Below are positions 37,558 through 50,200 of a DNA stretch of 64,000 bases, in pieces. Below the pieces are notes generated by a model. It was not told the DNA's origin and did no database searches. It saw only the letters and a program-made list of their open reading frames with translations. The stretch lies in the NCBI GenBank assembly GCA_030264375.1, contig JASCQW010000119.1, positions 33,932,277-33,996,276 on the forward strand, read 5' to 3'. Source of the stretch: Carcharhinus longimanus. Taxonomy: Eukaryota. How positions within the stretch are numbered: position 1 is the first letter of the stretch; every line of letters begins with the position of its first letter. The translations under genes and the position numbers were made by a program.

Positions 37558-38032
37558 TGGGTTACTTATGTTCAACCATGTAAGTTTCCAGACCTCTGAG
37601 TGACAGATGAAACAATTTTTACAACAGATTTGATTAATTTAATTTAACTTAATGTTAATTTAAATAACATTCCAGTGCAGTGCTAAATGAGTGCTTATCA
37701 CATCAGAGATATTGGGGGCAATTCTCCCAAAAATGTTCTAAGTGCTGAATTCACACGAAAATTGGTACAAATGACGACTGTTTTTTCCGTGAAAAAATTG
37801 TTTCCTGAAAAAAAAATTGTGATTTACACCCGTTCTCATGTGAATTCAGCACTTAGAACATTTTTGGGTGAATTGCCCCCAATATCTCTGATGTGATAAG
37901 CACTCACTTAGCACTGCATGGAATGTCATTTAAATTAATCAAATCTGCAGTGGGGGCAAAATCTATTGTAAAAGTTGTTTAGTATCTCACTAAGAGGTCT
38001 GGAAACTTATATTGTTGAACATAAGTAACCCA
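37558..38032. repeat. Long imperfect palindrome (arms ~230 bp)
   Basis: 37558-37786 is the reverse complement of 37808-38032, for example GGGGCAATTCTCCCAAAAATGTTCTAAGTGCTGAATTCAC / GTGAATTCAGCACTTAGAACATTTTTGGGTGAATTGCCCC. Confidence 0.93.
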
Positions 38033-38807
38033 CATAAGTGAATATCATTAAAAGCTCGGGGGATGGGGACTATTCATGCTGGAGTCGAACACTTCTGAGC
38101 CTCTGCGCATGCGCAGTGGCCCCAAACTGTCAGCTTGCAGTTTGCTGGCTAGCTCAATCACCCAGCAGTGAGGATCCCTTCCATTCCCCTATCCCAGCAG
38201 ACCCCCACCCCCATGGGAGGCAGACACCATCCAGCCCACCCCGATCACTGGCTTCCCTCCTTCCCGAGTGATCCCAGTGGCAGAGTGGCAGCAGGACCCT
38301 CCCACCCCCACCAATTGCCCTTAGGCACTGCCCTATGCCTGATGGGCAGTGCCAAGGTGCCCCTGGGTATGGGAACTTTGCCCCTTGGGCATTACCAGAG
38401 GGCCTAGGCTGGCAGTGCCATGGAGGCACCACCCTCTCCACTGCCTACCCCCTCCTCCCCCCCACCCCAGAGGGCCCCAATTGCCCCTGCTTCACTCCAG
38501 CAGGGCCTTACGCTAGTGGAGAGCTAGTCTGAACCCCGCCAGAGTGAAATTGTACTGACAGGGTGGGAGATGCTGTTGGGCCCTGAAACATCAGTCCTGG
38601 CCCGATAATGACATTTAGATAACTTTAAAATAACTTGCCTGCTGTTCCCATCAATTTCTAGCATGGTCCCAACTGCACTGGATATCTGGTGCTCAAAGAT
38701 GTGTGCATGTCAGGAATGCATGTGTGGGCCCCACGAATCGGCCCACAAATGATTCTCCTGGCCGGACATATTAAAATATTAGCACGTCGGGATGGGAGAA
38801 TCGCCCC
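37715..38807. mobile_element. Non-autonomous TIR element (Harbinger-like MITE family); relatives at ~500-1160, ~26060-26675, ~44830-46000, ~48140-48895, ~49990-50960, ~39478-39594, ~14131-14255
   Basis: TIRs GGGGCAATTCTCCCA...TGGGAGAATCGCCCC, an internal GCGCATGCGC palindrome and GGCAGTGCCA/TGGCACTGCC motifs shared among copies. Confidence 0.7.
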
Positions 38808-38808
38808 C

Positions 38809-39095
38809 ATCTTCTTTCAGATGAACCGTTAAACTGATGCTCTATCTGACTTTTCTGGTTAATGTGAAATATTCCATATCATGATTTAAAGAGGAGTTGT
38901 AAAGTCCACCAGTGTCCTGGCCAACATTTGATTCTCAACACTTCCAAAAAGTAAATTATTTGGGGATGCATTTATTTATTTGTTAATTGGACATAAATTT
39001 GTCATCACAACCAGAAACTGTACTGTAAAATTATCGATTGCGCTTAAAATCCTTTGCGATGTCCTGAGAGTGTGATATAAATGCAACTTCTTTCT
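38809..39095 (+). mobile_element. 3' part of a SacSINE1-like DeuSINE; its 5' part lies at ~37672-37713, split by a MITE
   Basis: CTTTCAGATGA.CCGTTAAACTGA...GTGTCCTGGCCAACATTT...TATAAATGCAA. Confidence 0.7.
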
Positions 39096-40437
39096 TTATT
39101 CTCCTTTAAAGCCTCTGAACATTCTTGTCTTAATGCCAGAATCAGTTCACCTTTGGGGAATGTATTTTGTCTTTGCTGTTATTCGAGTTAGACCACCTAT
39201 AGATGTGAGCTTCCAATTTGGCAGTATCAGTAGATTTTTATTGAGAGCCTTCTAATCTTGTCCAGTATGTGACATTATACTGGAGCTCAGGGTGATTGAA
39301 TATTGTTGTCCATACATGACTTCTTGATTTCAATTGAGCCATTGGGTGTAGTTGTTAGGTGAAGGATGACCATCTCTGACATTAGACAGATGTATTTAAG
39401 ATGAATTTTATTTTAACATTATTTACTGTTTTGGTGGGGTAGTTATGCTTGCTGCATGGAAACTGGGAGAATCATATGGGTTGAATTTTATGCCTCTGTC
39501 ATGGAGGGAATGAGGCTGCAAAATGTGGTGAGCCATTCAAAAGTCCATTGACTTTGATGGAAGTGGAAAGTTCCACTGGCGGAAAATTCCACCCCTATAT
39601 ATAATGAATTTCCCTTTGGTTTAATTTGTTGTGGAATGTGAAATGAGGAAATAGGACTCAATTTGAGTTCTGTCAGTACCTCACAATTAGTTTGTTGTTA
39701 CCATTGCCTGGCATGTTTTGTTTCTTCTCTGGTTTTCACCAAACCTACTTCAGTCCATGTCTTAGTGTCATCCACCCAACCAATTTTTCTTCTTTCTGTT
39801 CCATTCTTACTCTCAATTTCTCATTCAAATGCTGAAAAGACCCTGCTATTAGTCAGGCTGTAAATGGAAGCTCACATAGCCACCTAAATATATACTTGTT
39901 GGAAGGAATGTTTAAACTGAGTATTCCAAGACTGTGTAGAACTTACAAGAAAAATGGCTTTATTCAACATGTATGAGGTTCAGCAGCACTTGGAGCTGTA
40001 ATTCCAGCTTGTTCCTGAGATGCTCTGCTAATCATACGTTCTTACACATTCTTATACTTTTTCACATTACAAAGCTCTACATTTCGATTAGGTCATCATA
40101 TTGTTACTTTAACTTTATTAAAGTTCTGTGTTGATCACATTATGCTGATCCAGTGTCCTGTGTACTTTATCTTTTATTGTTTTCTGAATGTATTCTATGT
40201 TCGCAATAACAAAGTACTGTGGTTATCAAGCCAATTTTTACGGTATGCTAGTTGTCCCCATTTCCCTGATACTTGATTAGTTTTCCGGAGGCACAATGGC
40301 CCCTCCAGACATTGTGGAGTCTTGAAAAGTGATATCAATTTTCTTATTGTTACTGTAACTTNNNNNNNNNNGAAAGATCTCACCTTAGGGGTGACTGTTT
40401 GGTGCCGTCTGGAATGTAGTTATTTGTAAGTTATCGA

Positions 40438-40450
40438 ATGTCTACCCGCA
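40438..40450 (+). CDS. RIPOR3: Candidate upstream first coding exon of RIPOR3 (MSTR + phase-1 A)
   Basis: ATG TCT ACC CGC A is followed by the strong donor GTGAGT. It splices in frame to 41117 (A+GA=Arg), giving [18 protein letters not shown] with no stop. Confidence 0.5.
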
Positions 40451-41116
40451 GTGAGTGTGGATACTACTGTCAGACTGTCTGTTTAACCCTTTCCATTCTT
40501 TCCTCTCCTGCTGCTGTCCACGCTCCCTGAGTTGCCCAACTACAATATCCCAGACGCAAATATAAGGTGATAAGGAGGCAGGCTGCAAGTAGTATGCCTC
40601 AACATGAGCAATATTACTGTATGAGAGTTATAAAAAGCGGTGTCCTCCTACTCAGTTGGTCTGTTAATACAATAACATGGACATGATTAGTTAACGGGAA
40701 TTGTTCAATATTTACACATTAAATGCTTCTGAATTATAGAATCATTCAGGAATGCATTGGAATCAATGCCATTAGTTTAACAAAGATTTTGCATCTGTCA
40801 TAGCTCTGTTGTTCCATGTGTTCCAGTTGTGTTTATTTCTCTATGGAATTCATCTTTCAGATAATTTCCCAGAAATGACTGTAAAAGTGGTGTATTATAC
40901 ATACAAATACATGCCTTTCTAATGTTGAAAAAAGCAGAAAGAGCATTTAAGAATGTTCTGTTAATATGTAATTCTAAAAATGCAAGACTTTGTTTACATA
41001 ACTTCCTTCTAAATGTTAAAAACTCAAAAAATTCTTCCTTTGTCGATGACCCAAGGAATAGACTTTTTTTTAATGTGCTGTCTTGTATCTGATTAATTTT
41101 CCTTACCTATGTATAG

Positions 41117-41243
41117 GATTTATATCAAGATCCCTGGGAATAATGTCTGTGAAACTGCATTTTGCCACTCCTGCTGATTCTAGTGGAGTCAACCGCAGCC
41201 GTTCATTTGCTGGCTTTGGTTCAATGCAAAGCAGAAGAACTCA
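41117..41243 (+). CDS. RIPOR3: RIPOR3 exon with conserved ATG (41143): [33 protein letters not shown]
   Basis: Acceptor ttttccttacctatgtatag| and donor CA|gtgagt; RSxSFAGF motif. Confidence 0.92.
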
Positions 41244-44200
41244 GTGAGTATTAAAGGAGCTTATGCAAGTGTGAATACATTATGCAATAACTGACCAATT
41301 TTCTAATGAATAGAAAATTAAGAAGAAAAATCAAATCAATGCTTTTCTTTTCTCAAGCAAAGTAGTGGATTCTTCTTCACCAAAAGTGCAAATTGGTTTC
41401 TGTACTGTGCTGTGCTGTCAAACATGCTGTGCTTACACTATACAGGAAGCACACACCTGTTGGAATGCTTTGATTCATGCCATTGTCCCTTCCTCCTGAA
41501 GCTAGTCCTCACATTTAGTCAGCACTGCACAAGTAATGCAACTGCTGAGTGAGATTGCATAACAAAACAAGGGACTGAGCTGTTAACTTGCATCCATAGC
41601 TGTAAAGTTCACTCCTTTTTAATCAAGCCTTGTGTTATGGAGTTTTCAAAAATTATTTGCATCAATATGTTAGATGTTTGTTAGTCAGACTTAAAAGAGT
41701 ACAATATATGAAAAATGACTAGGGCTAAGCTATAACACAGATGGTTTAAACACGGACTTTTGATTATGTCAAAACCCATGAGAGCGAAGTTAAAGTGCCA
41801 TACTGAAGCTATCAAAACCCCTTGAGCACAATGCAGGAGTCCACATTTGATTTTATGTGATTTATGTATTTACATTTATGGATTGATTGTAAAATTTAAG
41901 AATAAGTCCAAATATTCATGCATTTCGGAGAAAGCTGGATGAAAAAGAAAGAAATATGGCAATAGGGAGGTAAAGTAAATAGAATGGAAGAAGGTTTATG
42001 TGGAGCGTAAACATTGGTATGACCCTGTTTCTGTGTTGTAAATTCTATGTATAATATTTTAACAAGCTGTTTCTTCATCTTGCAAATACATGGCAGTAGT
42101 TAGAGATACATTTAGGCCAGGGTTCTGAAAATCCACAGGTGTCCTCCCAGTTTTCTGCAGTAATGAGAGAGTCATGGAAACTCCAGAGAAAAAATGTGAC
42201 TGGCCAAAAATAGCCTCATTCAGAGGACTGAAACCTTAGTCCACGCTTTTACCATCTTGAACCTGAAGGATTCCCGGCCAGCTTCTCTGTTGCAATCCCT
42301 TGATTTCAAATACAGCATGGCCTTATCTGAGTGATCTCCAGCATTCCTTCATACATGCATCTATCCTTCATTCTTCAAAGCCTTCTCTTTGTCCCTAACC
42401 TCTGCTTCATGACTATAATAACCCTTTCAAATTTTCTGCGTGGTCAGCTGTCCCTCCCTGTTTATACAAACCTCATTAAAATCCTTCTGTTATACAGTAC
42501 CTTTGGTTCCCCAGCCACAATCTTCCCATTTTTTTTCTTTTCCCTCTGCTCTTTATTTACTGAATTAAGCCCCTAATGATAATTGCTTTAAGAATCCCAT
42601 TACTCATGAAGATCTTATGGAAATGCAGGTTGCTGCATTTAACCCAATTTTATCCCCATTGTTTCTTGCTGTGATGCGATTTTACAAGTTCTGGCAGCTC
42701 AATGCTTATCAAAAAGTGATGAGTGATCAAATCCGTCAAGGAATCAAGAGATATGTGTCATAATGATGGGAAAAAAACCCTGGAATTATATATTGGACTT
42801 TAACAAAGATCTAAGTTGTACATTTAAAAAAATTGATACAGACATTGAAAGTTGCTGAGAACGTACAAATAGGAATGACTGCAGGAGGTTTCTCGAAGGA
42901 GCAACGGAACCTCTCCCTGTGTTTCTAGACAAGGTTCTAGTAAAATATCCAAAGACAAATTACCATATTCAGCACGGACAGAGAGACACAATGGCCCTCT
43001 CATCTCCAAGATTCTGGGTATAATGACGTAGACAGGCTAGTACATTTCAGTCCTTTTGGAATGCGCATTGTGCACATGTACGTGCATGTTGGTGTGTATC
43101 ACACTGAAGGGAATGCAATAACTGAGGCATGGCCCCTGCAAAGATAGCCAGCCTTCGGAGGAATATCAAAACCTATCTCCCCTTTGGTGAAAGTCAATAA
43201 GTTAGCAGAAGGATCACAGCTGGAAAAGAACTGAAACCTCTACCAAATATCCAAACTACACAACACCTGAACCAAAGAATCAGCTGTTCATCAGCAGAAG
43301 CCAACTATACTGAAAATAATCTTAACGGCCACAATACATCATCATCCACCTCCGTAACTCGGAGACTGTTGCGTATAACTTTTTTAATATTTACTTACTT
43401 TTGAACTCAATCTCTGGTCTGAATGAACATAGATGCATTACCATTTCTCCTGACCTTTTATTAATAAATAAACNNNNNNNNNNNNNNNNNNNNNNCCTAG
43501 TTGAATTGTCTCCTTTTTAAACAGAACTATTAGATCTGGAAAAGGTATCCAAGGGAAAGGAAACCTTGTTACATTAAATCTTTGTTACCACCAGGTGATG
43601 GTGGGTTGAATAAAGACACAGAGCCAATCATCTCTCCTCATTTGGGTTTGTGACACTTAGGGGGTATCTCAGCCAGATGGTGACAAATCAAGGGGTCTCG
43701 TCAAGATCAATAGATAACTTTTGGGAAACTGGTTGTAACAGTGGAATCATGCCATGGTTGTATTGAATGGTAGAACAGACTCGATAGGTCAGATGGCCTA
43801 CTCATGCTCCTATTTCTTATGTTCTTTTGTTCTTAAATATGAGCCTGAATTGTGAATATTGGCAGAGGATCCACTTATGTAGAGTATCATGGCTGAACCT
43901 AAAATAATACTTGTTGACAGCCATGTTTTTACCACTAGATAATGATTAGGACCACAGACCTTGGCTGCTTTTTTCTCTTCAAAACCCAATAATACTGAAT
44001 TGAATTGCAACATCCAAACTGTCACACAGTATGAGGTTAGTTATTCGACCCAGAATAGTAACCAAGCCAGGCATTTTGTAGCATACATGTTTGAATTTTG
44101 TACTGGCTATTGCCTCTAAAGTATTCAGTTCTGGGTTTTAAAAAATAAAATTTTATTTTGTAGTTTATTGATTTCAGGAAGACTTACTTGTGCCAAAATT

Positions 44201-47200
44201 AAATGACACAACTATATTTGGGTGTGCCCCCGGACCTTCCCGGCCTCTCCTTAGTCCCTCATTAATGATATGGCTCTGGCCCTGGCTTTTCCTCCAGACC
44301 TCATCTCTCTCCTTTGGTATTGGTGGCACTGGTTTCCCCTATTGATGTCTCCTTCCACCATCAAGCTGGCCTTTCCTGACTGTTTATTCCCTCAATGATA
44401 AGGTGGCCCCAATCGGGGCCTAGTCTGTCTCTGTCTAGCTCTGCCTTTTAAATGAAAAGGCAAAAAAGCTTTTATTTTTGGGCTTTAATGGTCATTTTAA
44501 TAATAATTTTTTTAATTATCAATTTATTTCTTTGATTTTTTAACCTTAGCAAGTTGCTTGTTTCCTTCATACCATAGTTTTTTTTAAAATCTCTTGTTTA
44601 ATGTTGTGCCAACCAGATCTCAGGCAGCTGTTGCCGGGTTTCTTACTGAAGAGGAATGAGAGGCACACGGGAAGTCTCATTGCTTTTTGGAGGTTGGCAA
44701 AAGGGGTTACTTTTGCTCCATTAGAAATGGGAAGTGTTTGAAATGCTCAGCATACCTAGTGGCACATGTGCAGAGAGAAACATCAGAACTATTGGAATTC
44801 GTAGATCTGAAACACTGAGGGGGAAAGGGGTGGGGGAATTTTGTAGCCACGTATAAATGGCAATGTGGGTGCAAAATCCCATGAGAGTTGGGAAGCGAGA
44901 TTCTCATTGGCTAAAATAATTTCCTGATTTTCCCTGCCCTGCTTTGGTGATACAGGCATGAACCTCATTTCCTTATATTTTAATAAATTTCAAATTTATT
45001 AAGTTATTAAATTTAGTCCCCGAAGAGGGGAACATGCCTGGGGAGTGGGGAGAGGAGAGTCCCGAATACTTGTGCGGTGGTAAGTTGGGGGAGGAGAGTC
45101 CCTGAGACTTGTGTACTGGAAAGAGAAGGGGAAGATTCATGATACTTGTGTGGTGGGGAGTTGGCGGGGGGAAGGAGGAGAACCCCCAATACCTCCATAG
45201 TGGGAAAAGTGGGGGAGAGAGCTGACCACTTGTGTAGTGGGGGAGGAAGGTGAGCCCCTGATAGCTCTGTGGTGGGTGGGGAAGGGGTTAGAATCGCCAA
45301 TACTTGTGGGGGGTGGGGGGGGTGCAGATGTGGGAAGGATTAATGCCCCTGAATCGAGGATATTGACTATGAGGAGAGGTTGAACAAACAAGGATTGTTT
45401 TCACTGGAAAGACGAAGGCTGAAGGGAGATCTGATAGAGGTCTACAAAATTATGAGAGGCATAGACAGGATGAATAGTTATAGGCTTTTTCCTAGCATGG
45501 AAGTGTCAATTAGAAGGTGGTACAAGTTCAAGGGGGAAAGTTTAAGAGAGATGTGCGGGGAAGCTTTTCACGCAGAGAGTGGTGGGTGCCTGGAATGTGC
45601 TGCCAAAGGAGGTGGTGAAAACAGGCACATTACCAACATTTAACAGGCATCTGGATGAGGGAGGGAATAGAGGGATATGGACCGAATAAGGGCTGAAGGT
45701 GTTTTCTTTTAATTTAGTTCAGGCATCATAGTCCGCACAGGCTTGGAGGGCCAAAAGATCTGTTGCTGTGCTGTACCTTTCTTTGTTCTTTGAGTGGTTG
45801 CCCCTCTGCTTATGGTGAGGGGAGGCCTCTGTGTCTGTGATGGGGAGGAGTTAATTTTCAGCGCTGATCAGAGCACCTTTTAAAGATAGTGTCCCAATCT
45901 GTGTTAGCCAGCCTTGCCGGCTCCATCAAACCCCACCCCATCAGAGTGCCAGTGTAAACCATGCCCCCAGATTTTCTGTGTACTCAGGGCCAGAAAATCT
46001 GGTCTGATAACTCAGCTGTGCATCTGGAGAGATGCATGCTGGTTTTCAGTCAAAGCCTGACACTAACAAATGTTGGTAATATTCTGTCCATTGACTCTGT
46101 TTCTCTTTCCACGGATGTTGCCTGGTCTGCTGAATCATTCTAGCATTTCCTGTTTATATTTCAGGTTCCCTACATCTACACTACTTTGCCCACCTTCTAT
46201 TAACTCCATGCTGGGCATTTGCAAGTGTGGTTAGTTTCAATTTAAAATGAGAACATAATTCTTGTCCCATTGTTTTGTTAACAAAGCCCACTTGTCTGGG
46301 TAGAAATAGCATATTATTGTAGGCGTGTTGAATGGTGCTAATTTAAAAGTTTGTCATTTTTAAACTTGGAACCAGCAGTGATACACCAATGCAAAATGTC
46401 ACTGTTAGCTCAAGATATTCTCATTTGTATATAGAATTGTTAAATGTGATGTTTGTGAGATTCAAATTGGATGTTGCTGACCGAGTATTGCACAGGACCT
46501 GGTTTGAAGAAACAAAGCTAGTTGCATAATATGAATGACCAAGTTTTGTTAAATTGTCTGACAAAGCCAGAGTTGTAAAGTGTATGGTCTTGAAATCTCA
46601 GCTGTAAGTAGATTTTAGAAATAGAGGCATTTAATAAATAAGCTGATAAATTTTGCTAAAGCTAAATAAAACAGTTTGCCCCCACTGTGACTATGGTTCA
46701 CAATTCTGGGCATAGGAGGATGTGAGGCATGAAGGGGGCTGGGGGAACTAAGGGGCTTGGAAACAAGAGAAATATCAGGGCTCATGATTTCTCTCCCTGG
46801 TCCTGATGATTCTATGATACCACTATAAGTATTTATATTTCACTAGTGGAGATGTGAGGGAACAACATCCAGTTCAATGATAAAATAGGAGGTTTTTTTC
46901 AACAACACCTCCACAATGCCATACATTCAACATATCTTTAATAAATTTAAATAAATGCAGGGAGATATACTCTCTATGTGGGTGAACAATTAACTTGGAG
47001 GCTGCTATTGGGACACTGGGGTGATAAATGTAACAGCCAAAGGATAATCTAGCTTACAAAGCTGTTTTGATTCTGAAAAACAAGATTGTTTACTGTTACT
47101 TATTTTCTAAAAAGATATTTTACAAGAAAACATGGAAATTTTTTGAACAGAATCACATCAACAGATCAGAAAATTCATGAGGCACTTTCTTTCGCAATTT

Positions 47201-50200
47201 ACTAAAGAAACCTTAGTGTTGCAGAATTTTTGGACATGATGCAAAGACTACAATCCTTAAATAAATGATTCATGCAAATAATATGCCTTGTAACTCTTTA
47301 AATTCTAAATTTATTTCCCAATGTTCGAAATATGCATATGCTTCCAATTAAATAGCAAATTCACAAATCACATGCTGTAAAATGTCAACTGTGTAGAATG
47401 ATGAAATTTAGAGGAAGTTAGCACACCAAAAGCAAACTACACAGTCTCCATTCTTGGTAAATTAGATTATGTTTGGGGATTCCACCCTACGTCCACGTTC
47501 AGTGAAAGAAAAAAGACTTGCACTCACAGAGTGCTTTTCATGAAAACCAGACATTTTGAGGTGCTTTAGAACCGGTTTTGAACATTTTTGATATGTATTC
47601 CTTATTGTAATTTGGAAGCCAATCTGCATACAACAGGCTTCCACAAAAAACAATGTGATAATGACCAACTGATCTACTTTACGATATTAATTGAGCGATA
47701 AATATTGGCCAAGACACTAGGGAAAGCTCCCCAGATCGTCAAAATAGTGTCATGCGATTTCTTTATGTTTTCCCAGGAAAACATACAAGACTTTGGATCT
47801 GGAAAGCATTGCCTGAAAATGTAGAGGCTGGTTAAACTAAGGCATTCAAGAGAACATTAGATAATTATTTGAATAGAAACAAAGTGTATGAATATGGGAA
47901 AAAGCCCTCTTTTTAGGCAGTATTCTGACTTAGAGACGTTCAGTCATAATCCCACGGATTGTAGCTTCGCATCATTGGCACCTCAGCCAAGCATGTACAC
48001 TAAATGTTCGAACCTGTGGTTCCTCTCGTACTGAGCAGGATTATTATTGCAACAACACTTTGTAATCATCAGTAGGGTAAAACTAACCTGTCTCACGATG
48101 GTCAAAATGGCACTAAGTCATAACGTTCACTTGGAGAGCCGGTGAGATTGCGATTTCTGATTTTTGCCATGCCTTGCCATTGAAGTACTCAGGTCCAGGC
48201 CCATAATGGGTATGAATCTGATTTTAATACATTTAAACATAATTATAGACCCAATACTCACCAAATCTTCCCCTCTCACTAAATCACGTCAGTAATGTTT
48301 ACAATAGGTTCACCCAGACATGAAACTTTTGAGGGGATCCCCTGGGGCACAAAGGTCACTATAGAGCCCCGAGGAAAGGGACATGGCCTGTCAGGGCCAA
48401 CCTGTGCTGGGAGCAGGCCTTGGTGGGGGGGGGCCTCACTTGTGATGGTGNNNNNNNNNNNNNNNNNNNNNNNNNNNNNNNNNNNNNNNNNNNNNNNNNN
48501 NNNNNNNNNNNNNNNNNNNNNNNNNNNNNNNNNNNNNNNNNNNNNNNNNNNNNNNNNNNNNNNNNNNNNNNNNNNNNNNNNNNNNNNNNNNNNNNNNNNN
48601 NNNNNNNNNNNNNNNNGCTACAGACACCTCCATGGTGGAGGAAGGGCAGAGATAAAAAAACATTTCCAGTAGGGTGCCCTTTAAAAATGGCGTCCCAACC
48701 TCAGTGGAGCCGGCTCCCAGCTTTAAGAGTCTCCGCTTCGCCAGAGTTGGAGTGCAACCCTCAGCCACTCTTTTTTTTTGCAGTTGACCTCACAAAAGCT
48801 GGAGAGAAAACTGGCCAGTGAAGCTACAGAGTCCCATGCCAGTTTTCTCACCAGAACTGACACTCTGCCAAATTGATGTTAGATTCCACCCAATGGTATC
48901 TATCCAATACTAACTCAGCTAATTCAGGTTAGACATGCTGAATACACATGTCTGAAGGGTATGCTAAATATAACTTTTTTCAGCATAGAACATAGTTATA
49001 TTGTAAACATACATTGTTAACATAGCCTTCTTTGCACATAAGGCAGTTATATATGAAAATTAACAGACATTCAAATATGTTTTGTTGATTTAAAATTAAT
49101 TAACAATGTTACAATTTTATTTTGCAGAGTTTCTCCTGTCAGTAGAAGTTCTTCAAGGTCAAGATTCCTATCAGTAAAATTAACAAAGAGGCATATCACT
49201 GCACAAAAAAGCTCCAGTAGCCTGGAGCCACAGCCTAACCGAGTGGAGAAAATATGCAAATCATTGCGGAAAGGACTAAAGTAAGAATGAATATAAATTG
49301 TACAATGACATAAGGGAACCATTTAAAGTATGACATATTCTATTCAGCAATGGTCTATGCTATAGTATTATTTGGTAAAATTAGCCAGAGTGCTAACTAA
49401 TCCTTATAATGATCACGAAGAAAATAAGTTCATGTCTGTGTTATATGCAGACTATATTCTCTGTCATTAAGCCTAGGATGGTATTGAGAGGACGAAGGTT
49501 CTTGTTCCATGGCTTTACCCACCAGAAATGAGTGAGATCAAATGAGCAGAGGATGGTGGTTTAGATAAGAAAGGGGAAGCAGCTGGAAACAATGCTTTGG
49601 GGTGAGCAAAATGAAGAAGGAAGACTGAGAAAATTAGTGCTACCTCAAACTGGAAGAGTGGAAGATGAATAGCAGATTTACTGAATTGGAGGCTGAGGGT
49701 GGGACTGGGAGTACTGCTTAAATTCAGAAGGGAGTGGGAGAGTATTAGTATAAAATGAGGTACAAGAGAAAGAGTAAGAAATTGAAAATGGGATGAGACT
49801 TGTGAGCTAAGTCCTGGAAGGACAATGAATGGGTGGAGATTGGATATGTGCAAGTTACTGTTGAGGTAACATGGTGGTCCGATTGAGGGTCTGTTAACAT
49901 ATAAATGTCACACTGATTTTCCTTTACTAAGCTATATAAAAATGGTAATTGTAAATTCTAAAGCTGCATAAAATTTTACTAAGTGCCCAACTGGGTGAGA
50001 ATATGGAAGATTTTCACATCCTTTTTTTGGGGGAACTTAGTTGAATGAATTTCTGGCATTCAGTGCACCACAGAGGTCATCAGGGGATTTATGCTGTGGG
50101 GGTGAAGGGGTGGGGCCTAACTTCGCACAAGAGGCCGGCATCAGAATGCTGAGGGGGCAGAATGCTTGTGTCGATCTCCTAGTATACTAGGAGATCGGTT

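Noticed and set aside
47911-48105. Functional rDNA unit or R2 target site
   Set aside because: It is only ~195 bp and diverged, has no flanking rDNA, and does not include the R2 insertion site.
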